Source: Guillardia theta CCMP2712 (taxonomy: Eukaryota; Protista; Cryptophyta). From it: a DNA stretch of 34,267 nucleotides. The notes beneath the pieces were generated by a model that saw nothing but the letters and a program-made list of their open reading frames with translations, did no database searches and was not told the origin of the DNA. Both the position numbers and the translations under genes were made by a program. Positions 1 through 11,908 of the stretch are shown piece by piece. How positions within the stretch are numbered: the stretch's first letter is position 1; every line of letters starts with the position of its first letter. The stretch is taken from NCBI RefSeq assembly GCF_000315625.1, contig NW_005434575.1:1-34267 (forward strand), written 5' to 3'.

Positions 1-57
1 ATCATCTCCATCTCCATCATTATCGTTGTCTGCATCATCATCGTCATCTTCTTCCTT

Positions 58-89
<32 letters not shown>

Positions 90-125
90 CTGCAGGGGAT
101 CCGAATCTCTCGCAGCCGAACCCAT
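1..125 (-). CDS. Possible first exon (MGSAARDSDPLQ) of a gene running off the left edge
   Basis: ATG at 125(-) followed by CAG|GTAAG, a consensus donor at 89. No product assignable. Confidence 0.25.
47..86. repeat. (CTT)n microsatellite
   Basis: Direct reading. Confidence 0.9.
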
Positions 126-354
126 GCATGGCGGTGACAGGGAGGTGAATGAGGGTGATGATTCGTTCTTCCCTGAGTGACGGTGGGAACGCCGGGTGTT
201 GGTTCCGGGGCTGAGTAACCGTTATTGTAACGGTCATTGTAACGGAAAGGCCAGCGTGACTGAGGGGGGACGAGGGAGGAGGAGAGAAAAATATCTTCTG
301 AATCAAGATTTGAAACCATGCGATTTCACCTTTTAAAATATTGTTGTTGTTAAG

Positions 355-1140
355 AGGGCGGGGCCTAAAGGAAGGGTGGAGGTACAAGTGGAGATGGTAG
401 GGGTGGTAAAAGGGACAGAAGGGGGTGGTCTGAACCCAGGGTGGGTGGACGGTTTGAAGACCAAGGGGTGGACGATAGGAGGGGGACAAGGAGATAGGGG
501 GGGTAGGGGTAGTAGACTTCCAAGTGGAGGTAGATGACTGGGTAGCAACTTGTGGATACAACATGAGTCTGAACTAGGGGTGGTTCATGGAAAACGAGTG
601 GGTGGGGTAGGGAAATGGGCGGGGTGTGCAGGCAAGTCATGGTTATTGTTGGAGGGTGGGGTGGGAGGGGGTGTGGGGTGCCGGTAACCAAGCTGGCTAG
701 CAGATTGTTAGGGGGTAGGGGTAGTAAACAGGGGAGTCCATGGGGTGAGTGAAATAGGAATAGGTCACTAGGAAGGTATTAGTAAAGCGCTAGGGAGGTG
801 GGGTAGGTAGTGAAATTTTTAGCTAGTGGGTAGGTGGTCGAGCTTGGATGGGGTTACTTGCATATAGGCCTCACAAACATACCCAGGGTAGGGGTAGATC
901 ATGACTGCTTGTGGGTAGGGTGGGGTCCAGGAACTGCTTGTAGCGATGAGGGGGGTGGGTGTAGGAAAGTGCTGGGCCACGAGGGGGTAGATCAAGGAGA
1001 TAATGGGGTCCCTCAACAGATCGACTGGTCTATTGGGGTAGGGGTGGGGCTATCTGGTCGGCCTACACCCCCGGACTTGAGAAAGAGGGGGTGGGTGTTG
1101 AGCGGGGGTCATCAAGATGAGGGTAGGGGTGGGTAGCAAG
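355..1140 (+). repeat. G-rich, strand-skewed low-complexity tract (GGGGT/GGGTAG runs)
   Basis: Dense G3-G6 runs. ORFs here are compositional. A short C-rich counterpart lies at about 27100-27190. Confidence 0.6.
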
Positions 1141-1745
1141 GCGAATCGCGGGCATGCGAGGGGAAGGACTAGAGGAGGGAGGGAGGGGGGAGAGGCGAAG
1201 GACAGGGGGAGAGAGAGAAGGAGAGGAGAGGAGAGCAAGAAAGATGATCAGAGGAGAACGAGGAGATGAGGGGGTGAGAGAAACACAGGTGAGCAGGGAG
1301 GGGAATAAAAGAGGAGGGAACGGAGGGAGAGCGGGGCAAGCACCGAGCGCCTGGAAGAGGGCGAACGAAAGCAGGGATAAAGAAGGAAGTGTTGTGAGGT
1401 TATTGAGTATGAGGGTATACTGCACAGTAATAGGTGGAGACGAGATATGAAAGAGTTGTAGTGTAGTTGTGTTGGACATATGTTCCTGTGTCTGCTTGAA
1501 GTGGGGATGTTGGAACCAGGACAAGAAGACAAGGATTAGAAATGAAGAGATTAATGCTAGGAGGTGGGGGAGAGAGATATTGCCTTTGAATATTCCAGCC
1601 CGTGACATGTTTTGTTGGCAGCTCGATGCAAGGGTAGGAGAGGCAGTGCTGGGGAGACGTTCGCATTCATGTTTCCATGCCGGGGCAAACAAGCAGGGCA
1701 GAGGAGCCGTGCTGTGAGATACGTGGACTGAAAGAGGAGAGGAAG

Positions 1746-4700
1746 ATGCCAACGTCGGGGATGCCAGGGCGAGAGGATTCGGAGAAGGACCTTACAAGCT
1801 CTTCCAACCGAGATCTTGCTTCCGTCCTGCAGAAAGGAGGGATCGCCTCGCCGTCAACCATTTCACGTCTGATCAAGATGGGGTCGTCCTTGAAGCGCGA
1901 GCACCTGTTCCAATCCGACGACTTGGACGAGCAGACGCCCCAGCAGCTCACGCTCAAGGAAAAGCTGCTCTTCTGGGCTATCGATGCTCCCGGCATTGTC
2001 CTCTTCACCATCTGGTGCCTCGTCTACATCTCCTTCACCTTTGCCTGCTGGTGGTACGCGCCGTTCAGCACCCCCAGCATCAAAGGAATGGAGCCGATGC
2101 CCAACGTGCATGTAATCATGCATCAGGCGAAGTTTGTCAAGGTTGTGAGAGCAGCCTCGCTCTTCCTCTCCTCACGCTCTTTGACCAGGTCCTCGCTACC
2201 TGCATCTTTGGCATCTGCATAATCATCGACATCGCCGGTGTCCTCTTTCAGGTGACCGAGTTGTTGGCGTGGAGCTGATGCTGATGGAGGGTTTACAGGT
2301 GTCGTCCAAGAAGCGTCAGCTTAACAGTCTGGTTCTCTTCATCAACCTTGTCTCCTTCACGGTCTACTTATCCACCATCTACGACTTGTACCCCTCCATG
2401 TACGACTTCCAAGGCAACCCCATCTACGTGCAGTTCTTTGCGCAGTGGATGAACACGACGCCAGTCATGATCCTGGTCTTGGCATCGCTCGGCTCGTCTA
2501 TGCAGGACAGCCTCGTGCAGGACTGGGGGATTGTGATCCGAGCGATCCTGTGGGACGAGGTCATGCTCACGCTGGGGCTGACGCACACCTTCCTTGGGCC
2601 CGGACTGTACGGGTGGATCTGCTTCGGGTGTGCCGGCTGCTGCTTCATGACGGTGATGTGGTACATTCACTCTATCTCGAGCATCAGCTTGTCCAACGCG
2701 GCGACCACGTACGAGATCATGTCGCTGCGAGGGCTGGAGGCGATCACCTACATGCTGTGGGTTCTCTTCCCTTCTCTCCACATCCTACACCACCTGGGGC
2801 TCCTGGACACCCTGCAGTATGAGATCGCGAGGACTGTCGTGGACGTGGTGGTCAAGGCCATCTACTCAGTCGCGCTCATGTCGGGGAACTTCTGCCTGCT
2901 CGACACCGTCGCCACGCTCCGGGTGGCGCAGCTGAGGTCAGAGCGAGACTCGAAGCAGACGGCTGTCGTCCGAGCTGAGGTGATGAACCGAGCACTGCAG
3001 ATGGCGTGTGTGGAGGCAGAAACCTCCGCCCGCCTCTCCCGTCGCTTCGTCGCCAACATCAGCCACGAGCTTCGCACGCCCCTCAACTCGGTCATCGCCT
3101 TCAACTCGCTCCTCCTGGACGCTGAAGAGCTCGACCCCCTCCACCGAGAGTACGTGAAGTCCTCCCTTACCTCAGCCGAGGCCCTACTGGGCATTATCAA
3201 CCAGGTGCTCGAGTACGCGAAGCTGGAAGCGCGCGAGGACTCGGACACGGGGAAGGGGAAGGGAGACGGAGCGCCGGCGATCGAGCTGAACAAGCAGCCG
3301 TTCCTGCTCACCGACATCTGCGAAGATCTCTGCGACATCCTCTCTGCTCGCGTCAACATGCGTAAGGTTGACTTTGCGGTGGACGTCGCGAAGCAGAAGA
3401 AGTTCGAGATGCTGCCGGCGCTGGTGGGCGACAGCTTCCGCCTGCGCCAGTGCCTCATCAACCTCTGCGACAACGCCATCAAGTTCGCTCGCGACGATCA
3501 CGGGAAGGTGATCTTGCGGATCCACGTGGACTCGCAGGAGAAGGACCTGGCACAGCTGCGCATCGAAGTCTGGGACAACGGGGAAGGGATCCCCGAGGAG
3601 AAGCAGAAGCTGCTCTTCAAGCCCTTCTCGCAGGTGACGCGGCAGAGGAGGGATGTGAACACTCTGACGCCTTCCAGGTGTCATCGCACCTCCGCAACCA
3701 CAACGGCACCGGGCTAGGCCTGGTGATCACCAAGAGGATCGTCAACGCCATGGGAGGCAACGTGGAGTGCCGGAGCTCAGTGGGAGGAGGAGGCACAACC
3801 TTCACAGTGACCGTCCCCCTACCCATTGCCAAGTCAGAGGATGTGAAGCGGGAGGAGGCAACTCAAGATGGTTTGAGGTGACAACTGATTCTACCTCGCT
3901 CCTCCTCCTCCTCCTTCCATTTCCTCTCCCTTCCCCCTCCCTCCTGGTGCTCACTGAGTCGCAGTGGTCGTGTGCTGGTGGTGCTGCGGGAGGGGCCGGG
4001 CTTGGAGTTTGTACGAGGGCTGTGCGAGGAGTGGGGGTTGCAGAGCTCTGTCATCTCCTTCGAGGAGAATCCGCATGGGCACGCGAGGGCGATCGCGACG
4101 AGCCAGAGGCTGCTGGAGGCCCTCAAGGCGCAGGACGAGGCTGTGCTGGTCATGGACTGCCAGGTCTACCTGCACCTCATCGCTGACTCTCCTTCCTCTC
4201 TCGCTTCCCGTCGCCTCCTCCTCGTCGGCCACCTCGACGACCAGTCCAAGTTGCCCCCCAAGAGCATGGCTCAGTTCGTCCTCCGGCCCATCAAGCCCTC
4301 GCTCTTCCGCTCCAAGCTCGAGGCCGCCTTCTCCCTCACCCCTGCCCCCGTCGAGACCTCCGTGGTGAAGCCGCAGAAGCCGCAGACTGAGGCCGAGGAA
4401 GCGGCGCCGACGGGAGAAGATCGAATGCAGATCCTCATAGTGGAGGTGAGACTTGTGAAGGCGAAGCTAAGGGGAGGAGGATGAGGAGGAATTTTCTTTG
4501 TCTGACCGACGCGTCAGGATCACCCTGTGAACCAGAAGGTTGCGATAGCGATGCTGCATAAGGCGTTAGGTGGGAGGAGGAGGAGGGAGACGAGGGTGGC
4601 TGACTGAGGAGCAGGGAAGGACAAGGTGAACATCGTGCTGGCGAACAACGGGCAGGAGGGGCTGGACCTGGCGACAGCGCGAGGCCATGCCTTCGACCTC

Positions 4701-5183
4701 ATCCTCATGGATGTGCGCATGCCCGTCATGGATGGCCTCGACGCTACTCGCAAGATTCGCGAGTGGGAGGAACAGGCGAGTCCCGCCCCCTCCCTCCCCC
4801 TTTCCACTTCCTCCATCCCCCTTCTCCTCCCCTGCCCTGCCACCTTACTCGTGTCCGCTTCGACTTGTGACGTCTAGCAGAGGACGGACCCTCCCTACTT
4901 CATCGTAGCCATGACGGCGCATGCGAGCCAAGCAGACGTGGAAGAATGTCTGAGTTCCGGTAGGAGGAGGGAGAAAGAGCGAAGAATGGGCGGGGGGGGG
5001 GGAACGAGGGTCAAGGGCGAAGGCGAGGGCGAGGAGAAGGATTGCGAGGTGGTTGGGGTTGACGGGATGGCAGGGATGGATCGCTACGCTAGCAAACCTC
5101 TGAACCTCAACGTGATGAGGGACCTCATGGCTGAGTTTCTCACCTGGAGGTCAGCGAACCCTCGAGTATCGCCAACAGCTTGA
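1746..5183 (+). CDS. Histidine kinase rhodopsin (8-TM microbial-type rhodopsin + HisKA + HATPase_c + degenerate receiver-like segment + receiver), multi-exon
   Basis: Helix C PIYVQFFAQWMNTTP, helix D WDEVMLTLG, helix F LWVLFP, helix G DVVVK (Lys at 2854-2856). H-box FVANISHELRTPLN, N-box RLRQCLINLCDNAIKF, G1 DNGEGI, G2 GTGLGL. Receiver ILIVED...FDLILMDVRMPVMDG...AMTA...SKP. Introns approximately 2142-2188, 2252-2298, 3634-3677, 3878-3964, 4446-4517, 4570-4614, 4776-4877/4880, 4960-5073. Stop TGA at 5181-5183. Confidence 0.9.
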
Positions 5184-5293
5184 GACTTTATTGATTGCCC
5201 TCCTACCACCCCCTACCCTCTCCTCCTCTCTTCTCCTCCTCGCTTCCTTTCACTCTAAACCTCAAGTGTTTTACTCCTCTCTGTGCCTCTCCT

Positions 5294-8200
5294 CTAACCC
5301 TCAACCTCTCGTCCTATCACTCGCCCCGCGTAGTTGATCCGCGTTGGTCTCCTCGGCAGCAGAAGCTGATGAGGCACAAGGTCGACAGCGATGACCGCCT
5401 CCTCCCTCTCCGTCGCCACTTCCTCTACCTCCGCCTCAGCCTCCTCCGCTGCTTGTGCTGCTTCACTCTCGTTCGCTCTCTCCGGGGCGAACCAGCCTGA
5501 CTGAAGGGCCGCGTGCGAGCTGACGCGCCTGTCGCCCTCCTGCCAACTGCGTAAGCAGATCAAGTCTGCATGCTCCCTCGTACCCCATCCCTTGCTAACC
5601 CTGCTGCTGTTCGCTCCTCCTCCCCCCCATCCTCTCTCGCTTCTGACCTTGTCGAGCATCCCGGTCAGCAGCGCTTTCCCCTCCTCGCTCATGTTCATCC
5701 CCCAGGAGGCTTCCGGAAACAGCAGCGGGTTGGGATCCAGAAGCTGTTCAGAACTGAGAAGGACGAGGAGGAGGAGGAGGAGGAGGAGGAGGAGGAGGCA
5801 GGGGAGGGGGGAGGAGGGGGCATGAGGAGTTGATGTGCTTCCGCAGTTGGTAGGGGGGGGGGCGGGGCGGCTGGACATCCGCTGAGCTCGAGACTGTCTC
5901 TCATCGCATATTCTCACTCCTCATGTAACCTAAAGGAGCCAAACATAAACACGAACCCCGCCACTCCCCCTTCATCCCGGACTCCATACAAGCCTGAAAG
6001 ATATTTCTCAAGTCATCTCCAAACCTCTGGTNNNNNNNNNNNNNNNNNNNNNNNNNNNNNNNNNNNNNNNNNNNNNNNNNNNNNNNNNNNNNNNNNNNNN
6101 NNNNNNNNNNNNNNNNNNNNNNNNNNNNNNNTGTCTCGTCTTGTCTTGTCTTGTCTTGTCTTGTCTTGTCTTGTCTTGTCTTGTCTTGTCTTGTCTTGTC
6201 TTGTCTTGTCTTGTCTTGTCTTGTCTCCTCTCCTCCTCCTCCTCCTCCTCCTCCTCCCCGTATACCTGCAGCCCTGCATGGGCATCCCTCGGGCGAGGCC
6301 TCCGCCTCAGCCTCCTCGCGGGCAAGTCCCATGTCGATGAGAAAGGCATGAGAGCTGGAGGAAACCTGGAGGAGCAAAGAGAAGTCAAGACAAGACAAGA
6401 CAAGACAAGACAAGACAAGACAAGACAAGACAAGACAAGACAAGACAAGACAAGACAAGACAAGACAAGACAAGACAAGACAAGACGAGACAAGACAAGA
6501 CAAGACAAGACAAGACGAGACGAGACGAGACGAGACGAGACGAGACGAGACGAGACAAGACAAGACAAGACAAGACAAGACAAGACAAGACAAGACAAGA
6601 CAAGACAAGACAAGGGGAGCAGCTGTACCAGCAGGTTGCGAGGAGAGACGTCGCAGTGCAGCAGCGACAGGCTGTGCATGTACTGCAGAGCTCCGAGAAT
6701 CTGCAGGAGGGAAAAGTCAAAGCAGGACAGAACGTGCGAGAAGAAGCATGAGGGACCTGCTCCCTCCTCCCTTGTCCTCCTCCCTTGTCCTCCTCCCATG
6801 TCTCCCTCCTTCCTCTCCGTCCTCCCTCGTCCCTCTCCACACTGCTCCCTCCCCTCGTCACGAGTCGTGCAGGGGAGGCACCTGGAAAGAGATTCGCCGC
6901 ACTTCTTCTTCAGGAAGACATCTGCGCTCATCCAAAATCTTTGCCGGCCAGTGAGTCACGGGAATATGAATGAAGAGGAAGTGGAGGAGGAGGAGGAGGA
7001 GGAGGAGAGAATGCAAGTAGAAGGAATGACTTGAACGTCACCCGGCGAAGCTCCTTGCCGTCAATGAAGTCCATCACCAGCGTCACATACTGACAATCAT
7101 CATCACGAATATTCCCTTCCCCTCCCCCCTCTCCTACCCAACGACGCCACCGGCTCATCACTCCTACTCGCTCCCTCCCTCCCTCCCTCCCTCCCTCCCT
7201 CCATCCATCCATCCATCCCTCCCTCCCTCCCTCCCTCCCTCCCTCCCTCCCTCCCTCCCTCCCTCCCTCCCTCCCTCTCCTTCAACTCTGACTCACCTCC
7301 TCACTCTCGTAATGTCCGTAAAGCCTCGGAATGTTCGGATGACGACAACGTGAATGAATTCGGATCTGTAAGAAAACAGCTGAACATGAAGCCTCCAGCC
7401 TTCCCTCCCCCCCCTCCTCCTCTCCCTCCTCCTCTCCCTCCTCCTCTCCCTCCTCCTTCTCCAGCCTTCTCTCCCCTTGTTAGTCGTCTCTTCACGTCTG
7501 TTACCTCGCGGCTTAAGCATGCGGTCGCTTCTTCATCTCGTTCCTTCCGGATACATTTGAGTACCTAAAGCGGATTCATTTTTCTGATCATGAATACCCT
7601 CCTCCTCTCTCTCCGTCTTCCTCTGCTTCCTTCCCCCCCCTCCTCCTCTCCCTCCTCCTCTCCCCATCCCCCTTCCCCTCCTCCATCTCACCAGTTTAGT
7701 TCCCTTGGGCGGTCGGTCCACTAGCGTGAAGTTGCGTCGCCGTTCCCCGTCCTCTTCCCTGCAGTCACTTGAGGAAGGAACGAGACGTCAAGGCGCCTGC
7801 CTCTCGCTCATGGCGAGCACGACCCGCGCGAACGTCCCTTCTCCGAGCTTCTCTAGGATGCTGCTGCACGTGAGAACAGATGAAATCCAACAGCGAGGCG
7901 AGCGGGACGCAGACAAGCAAAAGACGAGGGAGGAGGGTCTCTTCTACTCATCTCGTCTAAGAAGAAGAGACGAGGGAGGAGCCAACACAAGGAAGAAAGA
8001 AGCTCTAGCTCTGTGGCATCATCGCAGACAGAGAAAGGTCTCTCATAGTCACCGGACTCCCGTGCCTTTCACGACGGCCTGGAGGCCGCAGAGCTCGGGA
8101 GGTTGAGGGAGACGCTGGTAGTCGAGGATGTCGGCGAAGCTGAGAGTCTTCTTGATGGGCCGGTGGAGCTGACAGCTACCTGGCGCAGGATGAGGACAAG

Positions 8201-8640
8201 ATGCGAAGGTCAGCAGAACTCACCCTTGGTGACAGCGGACGAGGAGGACGAGGAGGACGAGGACGAGGAGGTCTTGGTGCTAAGCAAGTTGAGCGCTTCT
8301 TGCGCCGTGACGATGGCATGATGAGAAGTACAACTGGAAGAAGCTGAGCTGAAGATGGAAATAGACAAGGCTGGCATGAGAGGAGCAGATACGTGTAAGA
8401 GTTGCACTCCTGGCAGCGACTCAAGACGGCGAGTTTCTTCCTACAAGAGGGTGAGGCGAGGGAGAGGAGGAGGGGGAGAGAAGAACGAGGGGGAACAAGG
8501 TCTATATCATCACCATCGTTGGTGCGGCATAATAGTCCTTCTTCGCTCTTCAAACTCTTCGCCTCCATAAGAACTGATCTCCCTCCCTCCCTCCCTCCTT
8601 CACCTTCTTCTCCTGGCGCCACGCGAGCGTTGGACGCTGC
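5294..8640 (-). CDS. Protein kinase (Ser/Thr-type fold, non-RD), multi-exon; 5' end uncertain and may extend to the ATG at 9396
   Basis: Exons in order on the - strand: LEKLGEGTFARV (about 7820-7860), VLKCIRK..E (about 7500-7565), LVMDFIDGKEL, GALQYMHSLSLLHCDVSPRNLLV, FLIDMGLA, GKALLTGML, DRRVSSHAALQSGWF. An N gap lies inside the gene. Confidence 0.75.
6132..6225 (+). repeat. (GTCTT)n pentanucleotide tract
   Basis: Direct reading; abuts N gap. Confidence 0.95.
6385..6613 (+). repeat. (CAAGA/CGAGA)n pentanucleotide tract, reverse complement of 6132-6225
   Basis: Direct reading. Confidence 0.95.
7171..7276 (+). repeat. (CCCT/CCAT)n intronic microsatellite
   Basis: Direct reading. Confidence 0.9.
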
Positions 8641-9140
8641 ATACCCTCGGTGGAAGGTTCCGACCTGCTCCAAAAACATTATGGGTAAGGAAAGAAAAGA
8701 GGGAGGAAAAGCGGAAGGAGGGGCAAAGGAGAGAGAGAAGAGGGAGAAGCAGAGACGGAAACGGAAAGGGAGAGGGGGGGGAGAGGAGGGAGAGGAGGGA
8801 GGAAGGAGGGAGAATCAGGGGCAAGGGCAGGAGCAGGAGCAGGAGCTGGCGCGACAGAATTACGTAGGGGGAGTGTGAGGGTGTGAAGGCTCGACTGCGA
8901 TGGACGTCTTGAATCAGCGCCTTTAAGCTGCTAGCAATTTCAGAAGGGAGAAGAGAGCATGAGACGAGGTGTGGGAGGGAGGGAGGAAAGTATGAAAGAG
9001 ATCAATCAAGAGTTTCTTGCTTGTATGATCAGAAGCAAGAGAGGAGCTGAAGGAGCTGAAGGAGCTGAAGCTAAGAGGAGGTAGAAAAGGAGGAAAGATT
9101 AACGACAACAAAGAGGAAAAGAGCGATGAGGAGGAAGGGA

Positions 9141-9219
9141 GGTGCTGGTGCTGGTGCTGGTGCTGGTGCTGGTGCTGGTGCTGGTGCTGGTGCTGGTGCT
9201 GGTGCTGGTGCTGGTGCTG

Positions 9220-9260
<41 letters not shown>

Positions 9261-9320
9261 GGTGCTGGTGCTCGTGCTCGTGCTCGTGCTCGTGCTGGTG
9301 CTGGTGCTCGTGCTGGTGCT
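9141..9320 (+). repeat. (GGTGCT/CGTGCT)n hexanucleotide tract
   Basis: Direct reading. Confidence 0.95.
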
Positions 9321-9541
9321 GGGGAGGAGGAGGGAGAGGGAGAGGGGGAGGGGGCGGGAGGAGATTTTTCCTGCTTCCATCTTTCATGTCCTGCATCCGT
9401 ATGGACTCTAGTGGTGTCTACCCACCCTTACTAAATAGAACTTTTTGTGGGAAAAGGAGGGGTTAAAGAGAGAAGGGACGCAAGGGCTCCGACAAGTTCT
9501 GCTGAGTTTAACTCCCGGCCGGGCCGTGACCCGGTGGCACT

Positions 9542-9951
9542 GACGGAATACAAGTTTGTTATACTTGTACTAGTCCGTGCGACAGTGTCAGGGTCAAGCC
9601 TTCCTCGACTCTCCTGATTGTCCTCGTACTGATTTTTAACTTAACTTTGAGTAAAAAGTCCAAAGTCACGCAGATATCACATCGACCTTAGTTGTAACAA
9701 GACAGTTTTTGCTCAAGACCGAGTTTAATGCACACGAAACCAGAATTGAGGAGCACATGAGAGATAGACTGTATGCTAGGATGTGAAACCCAAGCATCCA
9801 GACATGAGGGGACCTTAGCAAGACGGCTAGGAAGGCCTCCTCTTCGTCACACGTACTACATTGCCGCCTGCCACGTAAGTCGTTTTGGTTTACAGGAGAG
9901 TTTTTGTTAACTCGGCGCTATCTGACTGGCACGGCTGGCATACGCTCCATC
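9542..9951 (+). repeat. Long direct repeat, copy A (410 bp)
   Basis: Near-identical to 10833-11157, plus 85 extra bp bounded by AGTCC. Confidence 0.9.
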
Positions 9952-10227
9952 CTCCCCCCGAGTTTCTGAAATAGTACGTTACATCGGACGTCAGAAAGTC
10001 ACTCAAACAAGAGAATGTCAGCAGATCCAAGTCAAGATACGATGATACAACGTCAAGTTCACAGTCATGCTGAGTGGGCAATAACCATTCAAAGATTGTC
10101 CATTCTGAAGAAGATTTTCATGCAGGGCTATTAGATGTGCAGTGCAGAGATAAGGGGAGATGCCTGGCGAGCTGATGCAATGACGAGAGAAGGAGGATAA
10201 GATAAGAGAGTCTGAGGAGAGAATAAC

Positions 10228-10259
<32 letters not shown>

Positions 10260-10832
10260 CGTGCCCGCCGGCATTTGAAGACCAAAAGATAAATTTTTGA
10301 ACCGTAAAGAACTTGTGACCAGAGATTGCTGCCGCGAGATTGGAACATCCGTTTCAAGGCATCTGAAGATTGTTGTGCAGTAGTACCTTGTTCGCCGATC
10401 CAGAAGTAGCTCCAGTTATGCATGCCACAGCCTAGCTCCATGACATGAAACTTCCGCCAGATCTCCTGGTAGTTCCATTTGATCCTACTCAAAGATCAAG
10501 AAGATTAAAATAAGAATCGAATCAGCTTCAAGTGCGTTTCCACACGGTTAAGCAGATATTCGACCGACCAATCTGGCTGGGGAAAGGCTTGTTTTTCCTA
10601 TTCGAAGATCAATCAAACAAATTGAGGCTGAGATGAGAGGCCTAAACAACTTGCGGCTAGAGAGAGAGCCTGATTGAAGAGAGGAGTCATCCGAATGTGT
10701 AAGGCTTGATAGAATTGCATGAATTTTCAACAGCAACGGAAACAACACCAAGAAAGAAAAAACTCCAGTAAACAATTCAACTAACCAAACATAAGATCAA
10801 CATGATTGAGCATGTAATCGGGGCCCATAACC

Positions 10833-11157
10833 GACGGAATACAAGTTTGTTATACTTGTACTAGTCCAAAGTCACGCAGATATCACATCGACCTTAATCT
10901 CAACAAGACAGTTTTTGCTCAAGACCGAGTTTAATGCACACGAAACCAGAATTGAGGAGCACATGAGAGATAGACTGTATGCTAGGATGTGAAACCCAAG
11001 CATCCAGACATGAGGGGACCTTAGCAAGACGGCTAGGAAGGCCTCCTCTTCGTCACACGTACTACATTGCCGCCTGCCACGTAAGTCGTTTTGGTTTACA
11101 GGAGAGTTTTTGTTAACTCGGCGCTATCTGACTGGCACGGCTGGCATACGCTCCATC
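10833..11157 (+). repeat. Long direct repeat, copy B (325 bp)
   Basis: GACGGAATACAAGTTTG...ACGCTCCATC shared with copy A. Confidence 0.9.
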
Positions 11158-11908
11158 AACTGCCGGGCATGAACGCCCGGCCGGCCCGGGTCCGAGTGAC
11201 AGTACCGGACGGTCCGGACGGGCCCGGCCGCGCCATCTGACCCGGTACGGTACGGTACCGTCACCGTCCGTGGAGCACACTGTGCTTTGGCCGCGCAAAA
11301 CACAAGCCTGTGCCCGAAAGTAACGCCCGGCCACTGAGCACTGCCGCGGCAACCAGACCCCGGTTAACACTGCCAGCACCGTGCGGCACCGTCACGGGCC
11401 CTCTGAGGGTATACACCCAGCTGTTTACTATACGGCGGGGTCTGAGTTTTACTCATTCAGTTCCCTCGCATAAGGTAAAAAGTGCCCGGTGAAGCAACAA
11501 GCAAAACCGGCAGGAAAAACGGAAACATCCAGAGTGGAGCCGACGCACTCACTGTGACGTCGGATGCCTCCGGAGAGCTCGACACCACTGGGGTGCTTGC
11601 TGCTGGTCCGAGCTGCGGCTGACTCGGAGGCTAGTGTACTAAGTTTTATTGGCAGAAGGTAAAAAGTGCTGAGGAGGACTGGATGCGTCACCTCGAGCGG
11701 TACCGTGCTCCTGTGCCCCTCTGTCCGCTGCCGCGGCGGCCGCGGCGGCCCCCGGGCAGCGCCGGCTCCTTGTCGGCAGCCGCAGTGTTCTTTCTCCGTC
11801 CGCGGCCGCCAGCTTTACGCCGGGCGGCGGTGGATCGGACGTCTCGACTAGTCGGATGCCTCCGGGTATCGCGTCTAAGGGATCTCTGATAAGATTTACT
11901 GGCAGAAG

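Noticed and set aside
5901-7034. SCLVL/RQDKT-repeat ORFs
   Set aside because: Translations of a pentamer microsatellite
8923-9434. Poly-HQ/ST/GA/LV ORFs
   Set aside because: Translations of a hexamer microsatellite
9701-9717. TTTTTGCTCAAG similarity to the dinoflagellate spliced-leader end
   Set aside because: Short match, not followed by a GT donor
9542-11157. LTR retrotransposon
   Set aside because: No TG..CA termini, primer-binding site, target duplication or gag/pol motifs seen
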